Assembly: GCA_019058245.1 (NCBI GenBank)
Contig: JAHPZJ010000029.1
Coordinates: forward strand, 29,708-67,186
DNA length: 37,479 nt
Reading direction: 5' to 3'
Origin: Promethearchaeota archaeon
Lineage (GTDB): Archaea > Asgardarchaeota > Lokiarchaeia > Sigyniarchaeales > SOKP01
This document shows positions 30,492-37,479 of this stretch, in pieces (position 1 is the first letter of the stretch; each line of letters opens with the position of its first letter). The position numbers and the translations under genes were made by a program. Under the pieces are notes generated by a model that saw only the letters and a program-made list of their open reading frames with translations, was not told the origin of the DNA and made no database searches.

Positions 30492-32153
30492 TTAATCTCT
30501 CATTTCTTTTGGAAGTGTTAAAGTTCCGGTGAGCGGATTATTAAGTGGATCCTGACAATATTGGATAGTAAAGTATATTAAATCATATAAAATACTTGGA
30601 TCCTCTCCATTTTGTAATTTATAATCATAAAGGGAAAGCTGATATTCTGCTTCAGTTATTGGTGGTTCCGCATAAGAGATGTTTCCAAAAACGGATTGTA
30701 AAAGAGGTTTCATAAATGGTGAATATAGAAAACCTAATTCTTTTAATACATCTTTTAGATAGAAGAACAATCTCTGGACAGCTTGCATCATATAGCGTAT
30801 AGGATGATTTTCTGGACCCAAATATTGCTCAGCAAAATCAGGATCATATTGAGCAAGTTTTTCTCGTGATATATTCAGAGGTCGGAATAAAGAAATTAAC
30901 CCTCTCTCAATTGCCCCTTCTCGATTAGTTGCAATTGTTTCACTACCAGCATCGGGTACCCATACGCCCTTTTCTAACAATTTTCTTGTTTTATAACACA
31001 TAGCTTGAATTAACATTCCGATTCCAATTCGACGGCAAATAGAAATTTGGGCATCACTAATTCTGACTTCAATTGTCCCCCAATCTGTTAATGGAAACAC
31101 ATCTTGAAACCTCCCATCCTCTAAGCTTGCCTTCTGCACGGTTTGAAGGAAATAATTTACGGAATTTTCATTTAGATCTGTTAAGTAAGGGATATAATAT
31201 TTTGGGTCATTCCCACTCAGCATCGTAGTATTATTCTTTAATCGCAACGACCTAGTACAGTTTGGTGCGGTAATTCGGCCATTAATAATCTTTACTACAT
31301 CTGTAGGTCGATTATTAATAATTGGTGAATTACATGTCAGGGAAATGAGATGTGGGATGAAATTTCGTATCATACAATAAGCTTGAACTTTTTCTAATTC
31401 AGAACTAAAGGAGCCTATATGAGAATGATCAGCCTGAGAAACTCCACGCATGTATTCCTTCGTCGCAGGATTGATAGCGGAAGCTATAATATGCAAATCT
31501 TTTGGTAATGTGGCTTTTGCTAATAAAAATAGAGTACTTGCCCAATATGCTAATTCTTCAACATAAACACATGGAGGCGTTACGAGTTCTAATATATAAG
31601 TAATTGCGGTTACATTCCCATCTCTAGCAAAAGTATCTATATCGACATATGAATCACCTAGAGCGTATCGAATATCCATAGCATACCCTTTTTCTAAATC
31701 ATCCTTCCCCCATGGTCTAGCTAAGACCTTTTGCCTAATGTATTCAGGAACTGGGAGAAAATCTTCTCTTCCCTCATATAACATCTCATCCATGATTTTA
31801 ATAGCATCTTTAACAATCTCTTTCATCCGAAATACCATTTCCTCTCCAGGAGGATATTCTCCACTATCATCAGCAATAATCAATTCCATTTCAATACCAT
31901 GAGTAAAAGGTAAAGCTGTCCAATTTTCAGTGTCAGCTAATATTTCGGACCATGGGTGTTCAGGGATTAGAACTTCTTTATAATCAGTTCCAAGAAATAA
32001 TTTATCTCCAGATCTATCAATACTTTCTCCTAACGTAACAGCTGAAGATAACCCTGATTTTCCTTTTTTAGCATATAAATGTGAAAAAGTATCCCCTCGT
32101 TGTTCTACTTTTTTCTTTTTTTTATCTTTCTTTTTTTTTTTATCTTTTGTCAT
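30492..32153 (-). CDS. Glutamate-cysteine ligase (GCS2)/carboxylate-amine ligase family protein
   Basis: THGIEMEL, ELVTPP, HSHIG, GTIEVRISD; Lys-rich N-terminus. Confidence 0.8.
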   Translation of the reverse strand: MTKDKKKKKDKKKKKVEQRGDTFSHLYAKKGKSGLSSAVTLGESIDRSGDKLFLGTDYKEVLIPEHPWSEILADTENWTALPFTHGIEMELIIADDSGEYPPGEEMVFRMKEIVKDAIKIMDEMLYEGREDFLPVPEYIRQKVLARPWGKDDLEKGYAMDIRYALGDSYVDIDTFARDGNVTAITYILELVTPPCVYVEELAYWASTLFLLAKATLPKDLHIIASAINPATKEYMRGVSQADHSHIGSFSSELEKVQAYCMIRNFIPHLISLTCNSPIINNRPTDVVKIINGRITAPNCTRSLRLKNNTTMLSGNDPKYYIPYLTDLNENSVNYFLQTVQKASLEDGRFQDVFPLTDWGTIEVRISDAQISICRRIGIGMLIQAMCYKTRKLLEKGVWVPDAGSETIATNREGAIERGLISLFRPLNISREKLAQYDPDFAEQYLGPENHPIRYMMQAVQRLFFYLKDVLKELGFLYSPFMKPLLQSVFGNISYAEPPITEAEYQLSLYDYKLQNGEDPSILYDLIYFTIQYCQDPLNNPLTGTLTLPKEMRD

Positions 32154-32268
32154 GGAAACTTTACCTTCTTATTGTAGTACTATATTTAATCATATAAAAA
32201 AATGATTTTTTCCCTTACGTTATATATAAATAATTTTTATTTTATAGTTTTTAGATCTTACCTTCATT

Positions 32269-34107
32269 TTATAATAAGGATTGGATAAACGACTTGAAAA
32301 TATTATAATCATTAATAAATTCATAGGAAAGTACTAAGTTAATTACTTTGCATTTGTTGATTGGAAATATTTCTTTTAAGTAATCAACAATTTTACCCCC
32401 TTTGAAAAAAGAATCATCTACAATCAAGTTAATGGAATCTCCAATTTTATCAACTTTAGAGTGAAATATCGCTTCCAAACCAACCTCATCTGATACGATA
32501 ACAGTAGGTTTTCCTAAGTATGGAATAAAATCTAAATTAAAAATTATTACTTGATTTGGAGCATTATTAATTTTGTTGAAAAATTGCTTTAACGAAGTTT
32601 GAAGAGTTCTAAGTTCATTTTCAATATAATTCTTTTTTGATGGAAACACATAGTAGGCTATTGACTTGTTTAATGAATATTTTATATCATTATATACACG
32701 ATCCATTATAGGAAATATGCTAAAATCGAAACCGAATAATGATACTAATGCAATTGTAAAATTAAAATCGCCTAATAGTAGATTATTACTAACATTTCCA
32801 CCATTCAAAGAAAAATTTCTTATCTCATTACCAACAGCCGAACTGAGTATATTTAATACATAATACTGAGAAAATACTAATTGTGATTCTGTTTTTGTTC
32901 TAATTTCATCAACCATCACGTAAATATCATCAAAGATATCTTTATTAATTTTTTCTTTAAGTTCAGGAATATCCAAATTTTCAATAATAGTATGTGCTTT
33001 CGTAGGATTTTCAATTTCGGCAAGAAGAATAATAACATCTTTAAAAATTTTATAATATTGCTTTTTATAATCTGCTTTGAGTAAGTTTAAGATTTTTTCA
33101 ATAATCAAATTAATTACAACAACTAATTCAGATGCAATATTTTGTTCTTTCAATTTTTTCGCTACATTGAATAAGATTTGAATCTTTCGAATTTCACTCT
33201 CCACATGACCTATTAATTTTAACGCTAATAATGGATTTGATTCAATCATCTTACTATAAATCTTGAGGAATAAATCCTCTTTCGATGAGGAATCTTGAAT
33301 TAAAAGAGCAACTTTTATTGCTCGTTCTGGATTTATTTCCACGTGATCTTGAGCCAGAAGTTCTAGTAATTGTTGCTTATTTTTTGGATCACTCAAATTA
33401 TTAACAATTTGTAAGGTGGAATCAATATTTTTTAAACCATAGGCTCTAATTAAATTAAAGTAGAAATCTATCTGTTCTTTCTTTTTAGATAGCATTAACG
33501 CTAATTCTAAAGCACGAGTTGGATTGTTATTTGAAAGATATCCTTTTGCTAGATTTTTTAAATACTTATCGATTTCTTCTAAAAGTTCTGGACTTTTTGT
33601 ACCTGCAGCTTGTAGAGATGTATATTCTTCCCTTAATTTTTTTAATTGTTGTTCTGCTTTTTTTATTACATCTTTCTTCATTTCAATAATAAAATTATTT
33701 TGGTTAAATGATTCCATACTCTTTTTATTGCTGAAAATATAATTCTCTAAAATTTTGTTGAATTTTCTTTCGTGGATTTGTTCCCTTACTTTTTGTACTT
33801 TAACAGTATATTCTGTAATCTTTAACCAATAGACTTTAATTATTAACTTACCGGAACCATCTGAAGTAGGATCTAATTTTAATTCTATATTTTTTGTTTC
33901 TCCAGGACTAAACTCTGATATCTCCTTAAGACCGACAGGTTCAACATTAATAGTTAAATTTTCGCCCTCAAATTCAAACTTAAAATTTTCAATTTTATTT
34001 GTATTATTTATTGCTTGAATTGAAATGTTATTATCAATTCCAGGAATTAATAAATTTTGAGGGAATTTTGTTATATTTAAAGATATAATTGTATTAGGAT
34101 CTGACAT
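32269..34107 (-). CDS. Hypothetical: Ig-like N-terminus, alpha-solenoid, alpha/beta C-terminus
   Basis: PGETKNIELKL beta sandwich; repeated NP..AL..A..I helical units. Confidence 0.6.
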   Translation of the reverse strand: MSDPNTIISLNITKFPQNLLIPGIDNNISIQAINNTNKIENFKFEFEGENLTINVEPVGLKEISEFSPGETKNIELKLDPTSDGSGKLIIKVYWLKITEYTVKVQKVREQIHERKFNKILENYIFSNKKSMESFNQNNFIIEMKKDVIKKAEQQLKKLREEYTSLQAAGTKSPELLEEIDKYLKNLAKGYLSNNNPTRALELALMLSKKKEQIDFYFNLIRAYGLKNIDSTLQIVNNLSDPKNKQQLLELLAQDHVEINPERAIKVALLIQDSSSKEDLFLKIYSKMIESNPLLALKLIGHVESEIRKIQILFNVAKKLKEQNIASELVVVINLIIEKILNLLKADYKKQYYKIFKDVIILLAEIENPTKAHTIIENLDIPELKEKINKDIFDDIYVMVDEIRTKTESQLVFSQYYVLNILSSAVGNEIRNFSLNGGNVSNNLLLGDFNFTIALVSLFGFDFSIFPIMDRVYNDIKYSLNKSIAYYVFPSKKNYIENELRTLQTSLKQFFNKINNAPNQVIIFNLDFIPYLGKPTVIVSDEVGLEAIFHSKVDKIGDSINLIVDDSFFKGGKIVDYLKEIFPINKCKVINLVLSYEFINDYNIFKSFIQSLL

Positions 34108-34224
34108 AATTCAATTTTTTTTGCTCACCTTACTAATACTAAATCAGAATACCTCATTATTTTTTAGGTTTGATTTTTATCAATAAAAAAAAAACTTTTA
34201 CAAAAATCCAAAAAAATAGCGTTC

Positions 34225-34992
34225 TTATTTTCCCATTCGTCGATTTCTTGCAATATAATCCTTGAGATCCTCAATTACCATTTCTTTATTGTAATCAGGC
34301 CAATACTCTTTTCGAAATTTAAATTCTGCATAAGAAGAATCCCACAATAAAAATCCTGAGAGTCTTGCTCCATCATTCATACCAGTTCTAATAATATAAT
34401 CTAAGGGAGGGAAGTTTTTCGAATAAAGATGTGATTTTATTAAAGATTTATCTACCTGTTCTGGTGTAATTCCATTACTTACTATCTCCTTCACAGCGTC
34501 AACAATTTCTTCATGTCCATCATACATAACGCAGAGATTAATGAAATTTTGATTATAATTTTTAGTAAGTTCAATTAATTCTTGAAACTTACCCCTAACC
34601 TCATTGGGCAATATTGAAATCCTTCCAATAACGTTAAATCTAACTTTTTCTTCTTTAACGATTGATTCGTTTATAATCGTATCGATAGCTTTAATCATTA
34701 TCTTGTAAATATATTCAATTTCTTCAGGTTTACGTTTCTTCACATTTTCGAGCGATAAAAGATATAAACTCAAATAATGAATCCCCGCGTCAAAAAAATC
34801 GAATAAACGTTTTTTAAGGTTTTCATAACCAATTAAATGCCCTAAATTAATTTCAAGATTTCGCTTTTTGGCCCATCTTCTGTTAATGTCTAGAAGTGGA
34901 AATCTCTTCCAAGTACCATCAATAATGAGGCCAATATGTCTAGGTAATCTCTCTTTTTCTTTTAATTTTAGTTCTTCTAGAATTGTTTGCAT
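34225..34992 (-). CDS. uppS: cis-prenyltransferase (polyprenyl diphosphate synthase) interrupted by a 30-nt insertion
   Basis: PRHIGLIIDG[+10 aa]NRRWAK, GH..G, SLEN..R, YDG..EI, IIRTG...RLSGFLLW..SYAE, YWPD, R.MG; probable ATG at 34992. Confidence 0.92.
   Translation of the reverse strand: MQTILEELKLKEKERLPRHIGLIIDGTWKRFPLLDINRRWAKKRNLEINLGHLIGYENLKKRLFDFFDAGIHYLSLYLLSLENVKKRKPEEIEYIYKIMIKAIDTIINESIVKEEKVRFNVIGRISILPNEVRGKFQELIELTKNYNQNFINLCVMYDGHEEIVDAVKEIVSNGITPEQVDKSLIKSHLYSKNFPPLDYIIRTGMNDGARLSGFLLWDSSYAEFKFRKEYWPDYNKEMVIEDLKDYIARNRRMGK
34884..34913 (-). other. Candidate BHB-type mRNA intron in uppS
   Basis: Removing CUUGGAAGAGAUUUCCACUUCUAGACAUUA restores GAU GGU AAC AGA AGA UGG; both junctions fall in 3-nt bulges flanking a 4-nt helix. 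Confidence 0.75.
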
Positions 34993-35278
34993 GAAGTTGA
35001 AAAAATAATTTTTTACTTTCAATATTAATATGAATATTAAAGGTATTAAACTTTTCTCAAAAATGGTAAAATCATTCTATTATTAGAATTTAAATTTTTT
35101 TAGGAAAATAGCAAATCTTAATAAAAAAATATTCATTTCAGATTCACTGGATTGCTTTATTTTGTTTGTGTATAATTACCTTACACGATAATTTCTAATA
35201 TCTCTCTAATTTGATTTAAGACTTTTGATTGAGCTATTTCTAATATAAACAGCCTTTTAATAACAAAATGAGAAAAGC

Positions 35279-35589
35279 TCCGGAACAGTTGAATGGTTGT
35301 TTAGGCAAGTGATAATACGAAATTAAACCAACTTTTATTAGTTGACCATTCTGCAAGTATTTATATTAATATTCTTACCAGCTATACAAAGAATCAATAG
35401 ATTCAATGCTATGAGGGTTCTATACACAGTATATGTCCATTTTCTTCGAGTATATGGTATCATATAAGTGCTAATTTTGATATCGGTACTGTTGGAGATG
35501 GGACAAATGATTAGCATTTATCAATTAACGGTGTCGATTAAGGATCATTTGGGGATCAAGAAACTCCTAATTCCATGGATTATATATAC
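35279..35589 (+). pseudogene. Decayed beta-sandwich (LamG/ConA-like) surface-protein fragment
   Basis: SGTVEWLFR /frameshift/ SDNTK...*IQCYEGSIHSICPFSSSIWYHISANFD...ND*HLSINGVD*GSFG; in-frame stops at 35398, 35512 and 35539. Confidence 0.5.
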
Positions 35590-35724
35590 TGTTATTATAT
35601 ATATTATTTTTTAAAAGAGAAAATTTGATTTATTCATCATTAATGAGATTTAAATAATAAGTTATCTATGCAAATAGTATCTTTTTACATTTATTCAAAA
35701 AAAAAATCTAGAACATGAAAAAAA

Positions 35725-37083
35725 ATGACAAATTCAGAAGTTGACGTTATTATAGTTGGAGGGAGCATGGCAGGTACCTCTTTAGCATTTAATTTATCAA
35801 GAAAGAGTCAATTAAAGATTATCGTAATTGATCGTTCTAAAAGAGAATTACTTGGAAAAAAATGTTGTGGAGATATTTTTTTTGGAGACTGGGAAAAAGA
35901 TCATCTTCTTACTCCTCAGGAAGATGAAATTTTTGATACATGGAAGGATCATGATTTAGTTATACATGCGGAAGATACCCATGGAAAAACTCGTTTTGCA
36001 AATGGACTTATTGTGGATCGTCTTAAATATACTCAACGATTGCTAAAAGAGGCAGAAAGAAATGGTGTTAAAATATTTGCCAATAGAAAAGTGGTTAAAC
36101 CAATAATTGAAAATGATTCTATTGTTGGTGTTGTTGCTATAAATCAAAAGACAAAAGAACGAGAAACTTATAGAGCAAAGCTAATAGCTGATACCTCGGG
36201 ATTCGCCCATGTAGTCCGAAGAAACATTCCTGAAGGAAGTTTTCCTTTATTAGAAAAAAAAATATCTTATATGGTAGATGGATATAGAGAAATCTTAAAG
36301 GTTGATCCTAAAATCGATCAACGTCTTATTATGGTTGTTTCAGATGATTTACCTGTAGGATCTTTTTTTTGGGTGGTGGATCAAGCAAGAGGACGAGTAA
36401 ATGCAGGTATGTATATACGTAATAATGAGGGAGAAGAAAAAAAGAAATTACCAGATGTTTTTAAAAATATATTACATACACAATTTTATACGGAAGATCA
36501 GTATGAGGTAGAAGAAGCGAGTGGATGTCCAATTCCTTCAGTTATTCCTATGACAAATATTGTAGGGAATGGATTCGTAACATTTGGAGAAGCCGGTACT
36601 CAAACAAGTCCAATAATTGGAGATGGAATCCGGCAAGGTCTATTAACGGGTGAATCAATATCGGATATAATAATCGGAGCATTTGATAAAGGAGATCTCT
36701 CTGAAAAAGGACTTTGGGAAGTAAATAAGATAGTTCAACCAAATACCATTAAAAATATCATTGCTTATTTTCGATTAATGGCATTCAAAGAGTTTGGTAA
36801 TGAAGGATTAAAATTACTGTTAAAAAGAATTCCTGATCAAATTGGTGCTTTTTTTTTAACTGAAAATCTTTCATTTTTCGAACAACTTACTTCAGCTTTC
36901 AAACTCAGAGAAAAAAATATATTGAAAGCATTACTTAAGATTCAACTAAACACAAGAAAACTTAAGAAAATATTTAAAAAATATCCCAACACCCCAGAAA
37001 ATTATCTTAAATGGCGAGATAAATTTCTCGAGTTTATTGATGATTGTATAGGATCTAAACAATCCCTTCTTGTAACGCAATAA
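35725..37083 (+). CDS. Geranylgeranyl reductase family FAD-dependent oxidoreductase
   Basis: DVIIVGGSMAG, GKKCCGD, IVDR, FGEAG.QTSP..GDGI. Confidence 0.85.
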   Translation: MTNSEVDVIIVGGSMAGTSLAFNLSRKSQLKIIVIDRSKRELLGKKCCGDIFFGDWEKDHLLTPQEDEIFDTWKDHDLVIHAEDTHGKTRFANGLIVDRLKYTQRLLKEAERNGVKIFANRKVVKPIIENDSIVGVVAINQKTKERETYRAKLIADTSGFAHVVRRNIPEGSFPLLEKKISYMVDGYREILKVDPKIDQRLIMVVSDDLPVGSFFWVVDQARGRVNAGMYIRNNEGEEKKKLPDVFKNILHTQFYTEDQYEVEEASGCPIPSVIPMTNIVGNGFVTFGEAGTQTSPIIGDGIRQGLLTGESISDIIIGAFDKGDLSEKGLWEVNKIVQPNTIKNIIAYFRLMAFKEFGNEGLKLLLKRIPDQIGAFFLTENLSFFEQLTSAFKLREKNILKALLKIQLNTRKLKKIFKKYPNTPENYLKWRDKFLEFIDDCIGSKQSLLVTQ

Positions 37084-37305
37084 TAATTATTTTTTAAAAA
37101 TAATAAATTTAGAAGATTATAAACATAATAAGCTATGAATATTTTCTTTATCTTTTTCTTTATCGCTACTTTTTCATTTTCAATTACCTTTACAAGTTTT
37201 ATAATTAAATCATTCCGGATAAGGTTAAACTCTTAAATTTTAATAATTTTAAGTAAATTTATGCTAGCTTTCTATCAATTAATTAATATAAAAAAAATAA
37301 AAAAA

Positions 37306-37479
37306 TTAGTTATCTTTTTGTCTCAAAATTTTTTCTTTAATTGTTCTTATTTTCTTCTTAGCTTCCGCTTTTCTATTTTCACCATTTTCTGACTTCTGAC
37401 TTAGGTTTTTCCTTAGATCCCCAGCTAAACTCCCAAGTTTATTAGCAGTTTCTAAAATCTCTTCCATTGATGCTGTTTG
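37306..37479 (-). CDS. C-terminal end of a methyl-accepting chemotaxis-like protein (partial)
   Basis: QTASMEEILETANKLGSLAGDLRKNL...KDN*, typical of the end of an MCP signalling domain. Confidence 0.65.
   Translation of the reverse strand, partial: QTASMEEILETANKLGSLAGDLRKNLSQKSENGENRKAEAKKKIRTIKEKILRQKDN

Noticed and set aside
34884-34913. uppS insert as an intein or ordinary loop insertion
   Set aside because: Only 10 aa, with no intein terminal residues, inside an invariant motif; RNA structure explains both junctions.
35494-35511. GDGTND as a P-type ATPase remnant
   Set aside because: Flanking residues fit a beta-sandwich relic; no other P-type motifs are present.
620-36742. Short ORFs nested in longer genes (e.g. 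620-823, 1505-1693, 18307-18534, 26419-26733, 36548-36742)
   Set aside because: Shadow frames of well-supported CDS.

Overview
Very AT-rich archaeal DNA whose gene content (Rab-like and Rag/Arf-like small GTPases, a roadblock protein, longin-like proteins, a GPP34/GOLPH3 homologue, geranylgeranyl reductase, a large glycosylated surface protein) points to an Asgard archaeon, most likely Lokiarchaeia. I see about 30 CDS and no rRNA, tRNA, CRISPR array or intact mobile element. The best finding is a hidden 30-nt in-frame insertion (34884-34913) splitting the invariant DGNRRW motif of uppS. It folds into a relaxed bulge-helix-bulge (BHB) structure whose two predicted cuts restore the motif exactly, so it is a candidate tRNA-endonuclease-type mRNA intron. 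Other observations: a cluster of Rag-like GTPase, roadblock and longin/winged-helix (NPRL2-like) genes; a tightly coupled surface protein / longin-wH / TrmB-PLD operon; two genes that apparently need ATT start codons; an uncalled Cys-rich 55-aa ORF; a diverged duplicate of the 3' end of the glutamate-cysteine-ligase-like gene marking an insertion; and a decayed beta-sandwich pseudogene. All family assignments are by eye from motifs; no searches were run.
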